Assembly: GCA_951406725.2 (NCBI GenBank)
Contig: OX597825.1
Span: 186,001 to 250,000 of the forward strand
Length of the DNA: 64,000 bases
Origin: Octopus vulgaris
Taxonomy: Eukaryota
Direction of reading: 5' to 3'
Shown here one piece after another: positions 49,940-63,131 of this stretch. The notes under the pieces were generated by a model. That model was not told the DNA's origin, searched no databases, and saw only the letters and a program-made list of their open reading frames with translations. Position numbers and translations under genes: made by a program. Numbering within the stretch: the first letter of the stretch is position 1; every line of letters begins with the position of its first letter.

Positions 49940-50350
49940 ATCATCATCATCATCATTTAACGTCCGCTTTCCATGCTAGCATGGATTGGATGGTTTGACA
50001 GAGGGCTGGCGAACCAGATGGCTGCACCAGGCTCCGCCACTGGCACAGGTACCTGTAAGGTGATGTTGGTAACGATCACGCTTGAATGGTGGCCTTTTAC
50101 ATGCCACTGGCATGGGGCCAGTCAGGCAGTACTGGCAATGACCTCGTTCGAATCTTTTACACATGCCACCGGCACAGGTGCCAGTAAGGCGACATTGGTA
50201 ACGATCATGCTCGAATGGTGTCTTTTATGTGCCACCGGCACGGAAGCCAGTTAGCCACTCTGGCAACGATCACGCTCAGATGGTGCTCTTAATACCCTAC
50301 TAGCACGGGGCTCGAGTGCCAGTAAGGTGACGCTGGTAATGATCACGCTA
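49940..50350 (-). mobile_element. RTE family 1 3'UTR copy with internal deletion
   Basis: Family terminus joined directly to the unit array. Confidence 0.8.
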
Positions 50351-51506
50351 AGGCTGTGAGCTGGCAGAACTGACTTTCATCCTTTCAAAGTTGATAAAAT
50401 AAATACTATTTGAAAACTGGGGCCAATGTAATCCCCCCTTCCCCCCAAAATTGCTGGTTTGGGCCAAAATTTGTTACTATTATTATTATTATTGATAGGG
50501 CTGTGCATTGGCAATATTGGTGGAGCCAGTTCTGTTAGGAGAGACAAAACATGGATTTGGTTGTCCGGAAAATTCATGCCGATTTTGAAAGGAGATAAAA
50601 AGGTCAATAAATACTTGCCATTACATTTTTAATCAACCAAATATGAACCATTTTGTTGCACAATGCGTCTCCATCTTTCCTTTAACTTGAAAATACACTC
50701 TTCCCAGAATTGAGGTGGTTTCATGGCAAAGAATTCATCAAGTTATCTTTTTAAGTCATCCAATGAATTGAAATTTTTACCATTAAGACTATTCTGCAGA
50801 GACCTGGTAAGTGGAAATCCAAAGAAATATCTGGTGAATATGGAGGGTGGGGGTAACACATCCCAGCCGAGCTGGTTCCCAAAGCATCAAGTGCCAAAAA
50901 GGAACTTTCTTATTTTCCATATTAAAGGGTTACAGAATTAACACAGGTTATAGGAACATAAACCTTCTTCCACGAAAAGATAGCTTAAACTGTGCTTTAA
51001 ATGGAGGTGTAGTCAAATCCTATTTTATGGACTCAACCATGTTCTAAAATAAGTTGAATGGTAAGGTACTATAAATCGGCACAAACTTTCCAGACAACCC
51101 AATATTTAGTCATGCCTCTGTTCTGATTTTGAATACTGCCAGAGTCAACTTCACCTTCTAGGTATGATAACAAAACTTGAGTCAGTCTTAATCAATATCC
51201 TCCCCCCCCCCCCCAATTGAAGCCCTGTACTGATTATGGACATTATCGTTGCTATGATTATTTAGATATAAGTTAGGAAGGGCATCCAGCTGAAGAAACT
51301 TTGCCAGATCAGATTGGTGCCTGGTGCAGCCTACTGGCTTACCAGCCCTGTCAAACCGTCCAACCCATGCCAGCATGGAAAGCGGACGTTAAACTATGAC
51401 TATGATGAAGTCCTAATTTATATATCTAACTATCAAACTGCAATATGTATATTTAGATTCAGATGAATATAGTATGGTATTATCGATATAAATCAAATGG
51501 GGTGAT

Positions 51507-51695
51507 TATAATCATAATAAGCAACAAGGATATCCAAGGTAGTGTAGTACAATTGTTTCATGCTACTTCATTTTATTAAACATTAAGTATTGCTCAACAT
51601 TTTAAAACTGATGTAATACTTACAGTGTTTAATAAAATGAAGTAGCATGAAACAATTGTACTACTCTACTTTGGATATACTTGTTGCTTATTTTG

Positions 51696-51729
<34 letters not shown>

Positions 51730-52263
51730 ACGGAGATGTACTCGCATAGCAAGTAATTTGATCTGAGATCGTGTGCTGAAACGAAAACAATTGCAGCGTG
51801 GAAGGTGTTTATAAGCCATTTAAGAAACACACAAAAGCCGTTCGATTCACTCCAACATTTAAGTTTTAAGTTTAATTTGTCAAATTGACAAATTAAACTT
51901 AAATGTTGGAGTGAATCGAACGGCTTTTGTGTGTTTCTTAAATGGCTTATAAACACCTTCCACGCTGCAATTGTTATATATATATGTAAAGGGCTAAAAC
52001 ACCACTAGGTGGATAGCCATATGCTAGAAGAAGATCACATAATCTAACTACAAAGAAAGAATGTTCTCCAGAGAAAATTCAGCAAACGCCAGAACATAAG
52101 TGGGCAAGACAGATGAAAATTATACAATTAATTCTTGATTTTTGTATAATTTTCATCGGTCTTGCCTGCCTATGTTCTAGTTTTCGCTGAATTTTCTCTG
52201 GAGAACATTCTTTCTTTGTAGTTAGATTATGTGATCTTCTTCTAGCATATGGCTATCCACCTA
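51507..52263. repeat. three adjacent long palindromes in (TA)n (51507..51701, 51786..51975, 52006..52263)
   Basis: Inverted arms of ~80-125 bp; the first is homologous to 63638..63907. Confidence 0.85.
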
Positions 52264-52960
52264 ATATACACCCTTAATATACACATGTATTGAAATTTTC
52301 GCTGATTTAAAAAAAATTTTCTATATGCTAGGCTACTGGTTTTAAATTGATATTAATTAAATTAATATTCAATTTATCTCCCTCATTATTTAAATGTTAT
52401 ATATATATGTTATTTTTTTAAATGTCTTTAAATTCAATATTTTCAATTAACATTTTTAAAAGTGCAAAAATTCCAATATCTAAAAACATTAAAAAAATTA
52501 TGAGCCAAATATAATCTCATATACCTAAAGAACTTTACCTAACAATATTCATATGGGTAACAGATATTTTATGCATACAAATCCTCATGAAACAATTTCT
52601 GACTTTTATTGACCATTAATCTATTCTTGTGTAGTTTTGCTTGAACATTTATCACAATGCCTTGATCAATAACATTTGAGTACCATCTTCTGTTAGATAT
52701 TAGAAGAATAAAAGAGGAAACTAGAGAAAATTTGGAGCAAAAGAAACAAATATGCTAACTCTGTCCTGACTCTACTAACGTTTAACAAGAAATTGTCACC
52801 TGAGGACTGCTGGAGAGTTAACTCATTGATATGTAGTGTTGAGAGAAAAAATACATGTTTAACAATAAAAGATTAGGGCAGTGCTATTTTATAATAGCTT
52901 TGCCTTAAATAATTCAACATATCACACTTATATCTGAAGTCTCAAATTCTTAATTTGGAA

Positions 52961-53328
52961 CTAGCACTATGACCCGGCAAAGCCAGGTCATAGTGCTAGT
53001 GCATGTATATACAGCTGCGTGCGTGCGCACATACATGCGAGTACTGTCCAAATCTCCGACCAATCACATACAGCTAGCTGGCATTCAATTGGCGTATCAA
53101 GTTTCGGGCATTTTGATTGGGATTTGGATAGAAAATTCACAAAAAAACCCACTTCTATTGATTTTTTAATGGCTTTGCGGGGTGACTGGGCAAAGTAAAG
53201 ATGTGCACGACCACTCTTGGGCGGTTTTGAATGACCATAGAAAGTATGAGCCCTCTAACTGAAAAATTGTGGATTTGTATAAAGGACATGCACACACAAA
53301 CAAACATTTTGTCGTTTATATATATAGA
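52961..53328 (-). mobile_element. non-autonomous Helitron-like element
   Basis: Minus strand TCTATATATATAAAC 5' end; CTAG 3' end with hairpin. Confidence 0.65.
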
Positions 53329-53606
53329 GATATAATTAAAATGCTATGTTGTATTTTGGGATGGTCTTTTTTTTTTGCCAAATAAACACACACACTATAT
53401 ATTTTATTCTTCACTCATTTATTACTATGTTATTTTATTAATTTAATTTATGTCCATTGTTTGGAAATCTTTTGTCACACATCTGTGATCTCTTCAGTGA
53501 CACAATTTGCTTTCGTGTGTGTTCCTGCTCCACTTACTCCATTCATGGACATGGGTTAAAATAATAAAATAAGAACAGTAATAAACAAGTAAAGAACGAA
53601 TATATA

Positions 53607-53950
53607 GGCACAGGAGTGGTAAGTAGCTTACTTACCAAGCACATGGTTCCGGGTTCAGTCCCACTGTGTGGCACCTTGAGCAAGTGTCTTCTACTATAGC
53701 CTCAGGCCAACCAAAGTCTTGTGAGTGGATTTGGTAGATGGAAGTCCATCGTATATGTGTGTGTGTGTATGTTTGTCCCCCCACAATCGCTTGATAACCG
53801 ATGTTGGTGTGTTTACGACCCCATAACTTAGCGGTTTACCGATAGAATAAGTACTAGGCTTACAAAGAATAAGTCCTGGGGTCGAATTGTTCAACTAAAG
53901 GTGGTGCTCCAGCATGGCTGCAGTCAAGTGACAAACAAATAAATAAAAGA
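53607..53950 (+). mobile_element. tRNA-derived SINE family A
   Basis: Homolog of 25016..25421. Confidence 0.82.
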
Positions 53951-54081
53951 AGAAAAGAAAAAAGTGCGTGTGTTTATTTGGCAAAAAAATACAACAATAT
54001 CTGTTAAAACACAATTTCACATCAGGAATCTTGCAAAACAAATTGATAAACATAAAATGCTATATATGTATATATATATAC

Positions 54082-54723
54082 AAAGGGTAAAATTAATTGA
54101 TTAGTAATTAATAATTCCACCAAGTATTATTATTGATAATATAATTCTCTCCCTGATAATAAACTACAGTTTTTTTCTGTAGGAATTTGTTGCTCGACAA
54201 CACACGTGGGTGGGTGAGGGAGAATATGAAGCCTCATTCATATGTTTTGAATTTGTTGGTACTGGATGTTGAAAATAGTTTGTCTGATGTTACTTAAATC
54301 AGATAGGTATGTTCAATTTTTTCAGTGCTCTCTAATTTAAAATCTTAAAATCTTTGTGCTGATGAAGAGAATGGTATAATGAAGATGTAATTCTTGCATC
54401 TCCGTATCTATCTAACTCCGAAACGCATCCACAAGTAATCAAATGCCGGGTGAATTTTCGTTATTTTTTCCTCTATGCCTACATGAATTGTTTTTGAGTA
54501 TACGTTGTCTGGGAGATTCTTCTTATTGTAGAAGAAATAGCTAAATTCTTTGGCTGCTATTTCTAAGAGTATGTGGCAAAGCAAATTTTTTTGCTGAACC
54601 CTAATTATAATTATACTCCTAATTATAAAAAGTAATGTTTAAGTTTACCGTAAATGGTCCATTTGATATGCTGAACACTACTTGGTGGAATTATTAATTA
54701 CTAATTAATTAATTTTACCCTTT
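54082..54723 (+). mobile_element. Penelope-like remnant with ~45-bp inverted termini, in (TA)n
   Basis: aaagggtaaaattaatt...ccaccaagta / tacttggtgg...aattttacccttt; contains a hammerhead-like motif. Confidence 0.6.
54353..54435 (+). ncRNA. type I hammerhead-ribozyme-like motif (probably mutated)
   Basis: TTGTG-CTGATGA-aGAG...CTCc-GAAAC-GCAT-C-CACAA. Confidence 0.55.
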
Positions 54724-54736
54724 ATTATTATTGATA

Positions 54737-54776
<40 letters not shown>

Positions 54777-54777
<1 letters not shown>

Positions 54778-57700
54778 TAGCAGAATTGCCCGGCGATGCT
54801 CGGGGCTGAATTGCTTGAAAGTACTGTTAATGATTGCACTGAATTATGATGATTATTCAGGCAAATATTGATATAAGTTTACGGCGAATGAATGTATTTG
54901 TAAGTGTATAGAAAGCCGTGTAAAAGGGTTCCTACCCCCTCGTAGAATGGTGTAAGAATTGAATGTGAGGTTGCCTTGAAAAGAGCCATGTTGTTATTCT
55001 CATAATTGTAAGAATTTGATAGTCGTGGAAGGCGGTGTAAAACGTTCGCAGGTGAATAGGATCTCTTCGTTTTCCACGAACGGCAGCGGATGTGCTGTTA
55101 CAAAACTTCATGCTGTGTTAAAAGAGAATAGATGCCCTATGTAGGCAAGAGGGGAATGAAGCATGGGTAAGTAAATATGGGTAATTTATAAAATATAGAA
55201 CAATAGCATCTACTCACCATATGTCAGACCGGCAAGACTGTAGTGGTGCTGAATAGATGAATCACAACACAATGGTGGAGATGTTTTCATTGATGGGCGT
55301 TATGATTAAATTTGTTGTTGTATAAAATGATCTGTTGCTTAGTTTCCAAAGTGTATGTTGCGATCGTGTTGTCGCTTATGTAAACTTTAACAGTGAGAGT
55401 GTAGGGGGTAGATGTGTCATGTACGTTGGATATAGAAGATGAGGCTGGTGGTTTGATGATGAATGGATAGAAATAGAGGTGAGCGAAGGACAAGTGTTGG
55501 TCAAGTGTGAATTAATGTCATGAAATGCCTAAAAATGTAAATGCCATCATAAAAGAGAGTCGTATGTAAGTGAAATATTAACGTGTTCGAAAATGATGAA
55601 ACGTAGTAATCCTATAAAACCTCCTTGTACATAATGCTTTTCGTTGTGGAATGAATGCGAAAGCATCACTGTTGCTGCCGACACGCGAGCAGCCAACATA
55701 AAGCTGACCATGAGAGAAACATGGCTCTCTCAAATGTATTCCCGCCACAGACAGTGTTTGACCCTGCGCTTTCTTAATTGACATTGTGAAACATGGCCTT
55801 ACTGGGAACTGGGACCTCCGAAATATGAACGGTAGGTCTGCTCCTGATGGGAAAAGATGCATCCTAGGTATGAGCACAACGTTGCCTCGACCGCACCCTG
55901 TGATAATGGTGGCCTCAATCAGATTGGGAGATAAGGACTTAACGATCAAACATGTGCCATTGCATTGTTTTGGGGGAACCAAATTTCTAATGAGCATTAT
56001 AGGGGCACCAACTTTAAGTTTGAGAATGTGTGGTGGTAGTCCGGGGGGCTCAAAGGAATTGAGTACCTCTATTGGATAGTTGATGACGTCCTCTGGGTCA
56101 GGAGTTGTATCGATAGACTTATATACATAGACATCCCCAGGAATGAGATTTAGCATTTCATCATTAATATGGTGAATAGTTTTATTCCTCGGGGCCAGAA
56201 TAGCCCTTTGGCCAATCCAATCCATATTCTGATAATTAGCTTGTAGATCTGGGAACACTGCATCTCTGAGATCAGAAGGCGTTTTAACAATGGTACAAAT
56301 GGAATCGATGGCAATATTACCATTTTCATCCCCTGGTATTTTGCCTTCACCAAGTGCTAGGAGGGTGTGAGAAAATGCTACTGATGTGATATCACGTCGC
56401 ATATGAGCACGCATATTGGTGTGAAGTTTGAGAGTCTTCACCAGTGGCCACAATGTGGATGACTTAAGACACGCACTTACTACATCAGCTCTAGTCCCTT
56501 TGGGAATAACGGGAAGTGTTTGTCGGAAGTCCCCTGAAAGAAGAAGTGTTATGCCTCCCATGGGAGCTGAAGAGTGTTTGATGTCTCTGAGCACCTCTGT
56601 GGGCCATCGTGCATTCATCCCAAACGATAAGCTTGCATCGTCTGAAGATTTCTGCCTGACCGGAGCTGTTACTGATGTTGCAAGTTGGTGTCTCAGTCTT
56701 CGCTAAGTCAAGCAGGAGCTTGAAAGTGGAGTGAGCTGTCCTGCCGCCTGGCAACAAAGTAGCCGCAATTCCAGATGATGCCACAGCTAGGGCAATGCCT
56801 TGTGTTCACCTAATCTCAGCCAATACTAATTTGTTGACAAAAGTTTTCCCAGTGCCCCCAGGAGCGTCCAGGAAAAAAATCCCCCAGCTTTGGCCCGGAC
56901 TGAATTAACAACGGAGTTGTAAGCGAACTTCTGTTCTGGAAGGAGCTTTGGCTCATTGTCGGCTATGTACTCGGCAAGCTCGTCAACATTAAAACATGTC
57001 TCACGCAGCAAATGTGAAGACAGAGTGTTTGTGCCTTCCCGGTTTGTTGAAGGTAGGCCATAGACCAGCAAGGCACTACCGCCCATATCAAGTACAGTAT
57101 CTTTGATTTCAAGCAGCGCCCTGTTGTAAATGAGGTCAGTGTACCCGACCTCCATTGATGGATGTAGCGATTGAGCGTGACGCAGGAAATCTTCAGACAT
57201 ATAATCTTTGTAGGTAAGCCATAAACAGGCGGGATCAACCAAGTCACACCATAGTAGTAGAATAGCGAAAAGCGATCTGATTTTTTTAGGAGATTTTAAT
57301 GAAACACCCTCCGCCATAGTGGCGCCCCATTGTGAATCATCCTCCAAAAGTCGACGCTGAAAACAGGTTTCGCGGAAAGTATCACATAATACACCATCAA
57401 CAGTTCTGATGTCCTGAAAACTTTGTGGGCCTAAAACCTCATGGAGGAGAAGGCGCAGGTGAAAACACTCATGTTGGTTTGGAGGTACAGTGTAGACTCT
57501 TCCTAGACAACTGTTAAACTTGACATCAGGATGTCCTTCAACATCCTGACCCGACTTCCTACGCACCCAATTGTTGTTTGACCACACGTAGTAGGACGGG
57601 ACCTGAGGGTATAAAAGTGTTTTAGCAAATGTATCAAGTTGGCAAAGCCTAAAGAAACCGGTCAAAGTTGTTTGATTTGGATTTGCTGCCAATTCAGCTG

Positions 57701-60700
57701 CAGTCTGTTCAGTAAAGTAAGTTCGCTGGCCATTTTCCAAATGAACCGTTAGTTGTATGATGGCGGGGTGCCTTTGGTGAAGTGGAAACCCGAATATCCG
57801 CCAAAAAGCTTCACCATTGCTTATGTACCGACCTGCCAAGTACTGTGACACCTCGTTCATGCTATTGTCCTTTTGAAGGCCAAACATGGTAGTGTCAGAA
57901 CCCTTGTTAACATATTTACATATATACTTTATAGACTTGACTGAATGACAGAACTCCACATTTATGTGAGCGTTAAAAGTTTTCATCAGAAATGGACAGT
58001 ACGGTACTACCCACCTATTATCCACTTGATGACCCCGTAACGTCATAGTGAATCCACCATTGTCAGGGTGCCTTCTTCTGTACAGTGGGTATCCGTCGCG
58101 GCCGGTCTGGGTCTCGTCCACGAACCTCTTTGGGTACCGTTTAGTGCACACGTGGTCTTTGTGGCATGAGGAGAACTTTTGAAAACCAGTACTGCACGGA
58201 CCATGTACCATGTGTGCCTTCACAATGTCGTACAGCTGCCGGTCAACAGTTGGGTCCGGAATTTCTGCTGCAATGAGATCATCAAGAACTGTTGGGTCTA
58301 TTTTGTTGAGCAACCAAAGCAAAACGTGCGCGTGTGGCAACCCTCTTTTCTGCCACTCAACAGTATACATGTGACAGTTAACAGGCCCAAAAACCTGCCC
58401 TTTTAAATTAATGAGCTTAGCCAGTTTCTACCTGAAAACCCTTGCAATAATATCATGGCGATGACAGTACTACTGCCCTGGGAAAAGTTCTCGCGTTACC
58501 TCAACCTACTTTGGGTTACATGTAAAGGTAATGAATAAATCGGGTCGCCCATAATGCCGAACATAAGTCATAGTGTCTTGTGTTCGCTCGTGCATGTACC
58601 GTGGGCCCCCTGTATAGGTTGAGGGGAGAATGCACATTTTGCCGATATTGCGGGCGTCAGTGTCATTCCTGATGCCATCACGCAAATGGATGTAGGAGTC
58701 TGAGCGCAGCTGCTTCTGATTCAATTTGATGAAGCCCAGTCTCTCGGACTCCATCTTTGCAGCCATGTCAACTGCAAACTGGTGAAACAGTTGCCGTGAT
58801 CTGTGCAGGGGGTTGAAATTATTATGCTTTGTCATGAAGCGGTATGAGTAAAAAGCCATACATGAAACAGTTTTAGATGTCGCAGCCGAGGGCTCGTTTG
58901 GTTTGTGGTGAGGAATGCCGAAATGGTACCCGTCTTCTCCATACGTAAAAAGAAGGGGATACTGCAGGGCATCATATGACTGATGCGTCTCATTAATACG
59001 CTGAAGACCACTGTCGCGACTTTGAAGAACTATGTCTCGCTTATTGTGCTGTTCACCATGGGGAACTATGGCCACTTCATTGCACGAAGGGGCGTTATAT
59101 CGGCGTGCGTGCTCCCCAGAAGGTCTTTTGTCAGCATCGATGACAATGGTGAATGTTGGTGAAGGGGCTGTTTCCAAGGCGTATTTGAAACTGTGAATGT
59201 AGCTGTTGTGCTCATGAAGCATGTTTTGCAGACTGAGCAGCACGTCTCTGTCGAAATTGTCAGCGTCAGTGTTTGCAGGTTGTGGAATTACGCCGAAATG
59301 CACATCAAGTTGCCTATTGTAATTTGAAATGAAATAAATTTGAAGGAACAAAGGTTTGCAATTTTGTAGTGGCTGGAGTGACCCAATATGGTGGTACACC
59401 TGGCCCTGGACCTTGAAAGTAGGCATCCAACCAGTTTCTCTGACAACGTTAGCCCCGAAAGAAGTCATCTGAAATGCACAATTGTACTTCCTGATGAGTT
59501 GAAGGAATTTTGATGACCTTGAGGTGGAACCAGTAAGTAATTCCTTCAAAGGGTCTGGCAGCTCCCGAAGAGGGGGCAAGCTGACCTTACCGTTTAAGCA
59601 GCACATCGCAGGTGGTTCCCCAGCCCACTTTTTAGCATTGCAGAATTGGCAATTGAAGCACATTTCCCCAATATTTATGTCAGCGTGCATCAAGTAATTG
59701 AAGTTGGGCTCATACTTGAAAGCTCGTAGATGCCAGTAAGGGCTGCTTGGACTCGTCAGACTGCAGGTAGCCTCGCGCCGTCGACTGTTCCGTTGGAATG
59801 TAGAAGTGTTGAAAATGTTGAAGCAGCAGTAGCCAGTTGAGTGGCCCTTTGTTGTGGGTCCTCTGAAGCCCTTTGTGCAGCAGCAACAGCAGCAGCCTTT
59901 ATGGCCATGCGCTTCGACATTGTTTCCAGACCCTCTGAAGCCCTGGAAGCAGCATCGTATGAAGCCATTTTTGCTAGGCGTGCGTTGCGCTGTTGTAAAT
60001 TTTCAGCAGCTCGTGATTGCTCTGAACGTAAGGTGCTCTGTGAAAGTCTGAAAGCCTTTTTGTCGGAGGACTCGTTTGCGATAATCGCCTTTTGTGCTGC
60101 TGCTGCTGCAGTATGGCGGCCGAGGCGACTTCTCTTTTTCGGTGGCATTTTATGTGAAAAAGAAAGGGTGAAAATTACTTAAAGATCGAACACAAGATAC
60201 TGTGAATGAAATGTGGAAAAATGTTGACCATGGAAGGAAAAGAAAGAAATATTTGCAGCTGAAAGAAATTGTTTATGCAAGTATAGTGACAGAGTGTGTA
60301 AAGTGTATTGAAAGTTGAGTTAAAAGCAAGAAAATAAAGTTAGATTTGTAAGAATGGAAGTAGTTTACGTACATGTTCGAAATGTGAAGTGTTTTAGTTG
60401 TTTAATCAAATATTTGTGTAAAGTGTATAGAAAGGTAAATTGAAAAAGAAAATGAATTGAAATTTTTAAGAAAGGAATTTATTTACATACATGTGTCAAA
60501 TGGCAAATGTTTGTGCTGTTGTCCGAAATGGAACCAGGGTAAATGTGTGGAACTGATGTATTATAATGAATAGTCCATCTCATTCAGGGTACATTTGTGG
60601 TGTGTCATGGTGTGTGTTAAGTACGGTATATATAATGTGGTTGCAGCTATAAAAATAGACATATGTTTGTAGGTATAAAGGTGATCCTCTGTTGATTTAA

Positions 60701-60910
60701 CTTTCGGCTGACGTGGCTAAGGTCATAGGTAAAAGGGATAGAATCAATCAGTTTTTAACAGGATAAAGAAAAACGTTGTGGTGGTGGTATGAGGTTGATA
60801 GTGTTATGTTGTCTGTATGGAAATAAAAGGTCCATATTTTTATCCTTCACTTCCTACACACACTGACACACACACACACACACGCATGCACACACACACA
60901 GACCTTCTTA
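54777..60910 (-). mobile_element. Helitron, decayed autonomous-type element
   Basis: 3' end cccgagcatcgccggg hairpin and CTAG|T next to (TA)n; Rep/helicase coding region. No clear 5' TC terminus, so the right boundary is approximate. Confidence 0.92.
55578..60148 (-). pseudogene. Helitron Rep/PIF1-helicase transposase, disrupted
   Basis: ORFs 59756..60148, 58506..59693 (C..C...CC..G; PDLFITFTCNPK then TAG), 56826..58370 (VEWQKRGLPHAH, KYICKYVNKG), Walker A DAPGGTGKT frameshifted near 56860, 56491..56784 (GRTAHS, WDE), 55578..56618 ([25 protein letters not shown]). Confidence 0.93.
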
Positions 60911-61392
60911 GCTTACAATTTGTTTCTTTCAACAATTGACAACTGTAACAAACACACACACGTGTGTGTGTGTGTGTTTGAGTGTTTTTTGTTGTGTTTC
61001 CTGCGTCGACAATTCATTTCCACCCAATTTAGCAATTCTGTCTTCAACGTCAATGAGTGTTTTGTTATAGATTTCATTGCTGATACCCTCCATGTCAGGA
61101 TAGAGCAGTTGAGCTTGGCGCTGAAGGGGACAATGTTTTTGAGATTCCGGTTCGAATGTAAGGCAGGCTTGAAAGTGTTCCCAACAGTTATTAGTTGTAG
61201 TAGTAGAGTGTACGTATGCATGTATATATATATGTATGTATGCCTGTATATATGTACAAAATCCACTGAGAAGGCTTTTGTTGGTCTGAAGCTACAGCAG
61301 AAGACACATGCCAAGTCACCACACAGTGGGACTGAACCCAGGACCATGCGTTTGGAACGTAGTTTGTTACCACACAGCCACACCTGCCCCTA

Positions 61393-61424
<32 letters not shown>

Positions 61425-61493
61425 AGTGCGTATGTGTGTATGGGTAGATATATTATGCATGTATATATGTGTATATTCGCCGCCCGCCAGCTC

Positions 61494-62101
61494 CAGGAGA
61501 AGAGTAGAAATTACCTCGTTTTCAGCTCTACAACAATGTCCAGCAAACTGGACTCTTCTACCTTTCACAAGAGATGATACAGGTGGTAATTTCCCATATA
61601 TTTTTACTTTGGTTGGATGACGCTTCCATGAGAGATTTTGAGCTCTCATAAGGAGGCGAGTGTAAGTTCCATCCAACTGCCTCTCAAGCTTCTTTGATAA
61701 CGTCCAGGTTTCTGAGCCATATAGTAGAATTGGTTCGACTGTGGCTTTGAAGATTTTAAGTTTGAAATCTCTACTTAGATTTGATGACCAGATCTTATGC
61801 ATATCATTACAGGCTGACCTGGCCATACCCTTTCTAGTTAGAAAATTTCTTCAGATGATGATATGTATGACCCAACATGTTTGTAATCAGAAACCATATT
61901 TAAGACATTGTTGGTAATTTCTACTCTTCTCCTCTGGAAGCCATCTGCTCATGATACCAGAGGGCGCACACTCCCCTACCCTGATGTAATCTCCAGGGAT
62001 ACAGGCATCCAGCAACAGGATCTCCGTAATGCTATGATGGACCATGAAGTCTGGCATAACATAATAAATTCCATTGTCTCGACCACGGTCGAACAATGAT
62101 G
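61494..62101. mobile_element. RTE family 2 insertion with 5' inversion
   Basis: The - segment 61494..61912 abuts the + segment 61913..62101, which ends in tgatg. Confidence 0.85.
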
Positions 62102-62659
62102 GCAACTGCACCAGCATGTTTAAGTCATTTTAAAATGGGGCTACACAGGCCTGGGGATCCCTTTCTAATCAATTTATGCTCTGGCATGCTGTCAATAAAT
62201 TTTTACAGGGCTGAGTGCATTCATTTGCCTTAAGTCTTATAATGTTGTTAAGAAGGACCTGCTAGCATGTTATAAGAAATAGCATCCATTGTAAAACTTG
62301 AGCCAGGTGAGGGAGGATACAGTTTGTTATAAGAAACAGATGCTATTGAACTTGATCTAGGCTAGGAGAACGTAGCATGTAAAGATCAGAGGCTATTGTA
62401 ATAGTTGTTGCAGAACCTTGATCCAAGGTATGTGTAGAAGAACAAATGGTTAGCTTCTCCAGAGTTTTGTCCTAATGCAAAATGAGAAGCCATTGTTTCA
62501 ATGAAACTATGGTTCAACTGATTTTTCAAATTGTCGATACTAATCTTTCGATTGCAACTCCTCACATCTAGTGTCCCTTTTTGTTTTTTTGTTTTTTTGT
62601 GATGGGTAGGATTTGAAATCAGAATGCACAAATCTGGAGCAGATACCAAAGGTATTTGC

Positions 62660-63131
62660 CTGAACCAAATCCTATGACTGGCACCCGGCCGTTGCCAGTG
62701 CCACTGGACTGACTCCTGTGCAGGTGGCAAGTAAAGAAACACTGTTTCGACCCTGTGCTTGGGTAAAGTACATCAACATCAAAAATCAATGGAAATTGTA
62801 GCTGTGATCCCTGTGCCGGTGGCACGTAAAAAGATCCATCCGAATGTGGCTGATGTCAGCGCCACCTTGACTGGCCTCCGTGCCAGTGGCACGTAAAAAG
62901 CACCAACTGATCGTGGCCTGCCTCACCTGGCACCTGTGCTGGTGGCACGTAAAAAGCACCCACTACACTCACAGAGTGGTTGGCGTTAGGAAGGGCATCC
63001 AGCTGTAGAAACACTGCCAGATCAGACTGGAGCCTGGTGCAGCCTCCTGGCTTCCCACACCCTGGCCGAACTTTCCAACCCGTGCTAGCATGGAAAACAG
63101 ACATTAAACGATGATGATGATGATGATGATG
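62660..63131 (+). mobile_element. RTE family 1 3'UTR copy
   Basis: Ends ttaaac(gat)n. Confidence 0.85.

Noticed and set aside
50377-51047. short ORFs downstream of PAM as a second gene
   Set aside because: No recognisable motifs or splice-consistent exon chain.
53465-53505. minus-strand TGTCA-CTGAAGA...TGACA hammerhead remnant
   Set aside because: The GAAA core and half of stem II are missing.
59841-60182. + strand Ala-rich ORF
   Set aside because: Antisense shadow of the Helitron N-terminal ORF.
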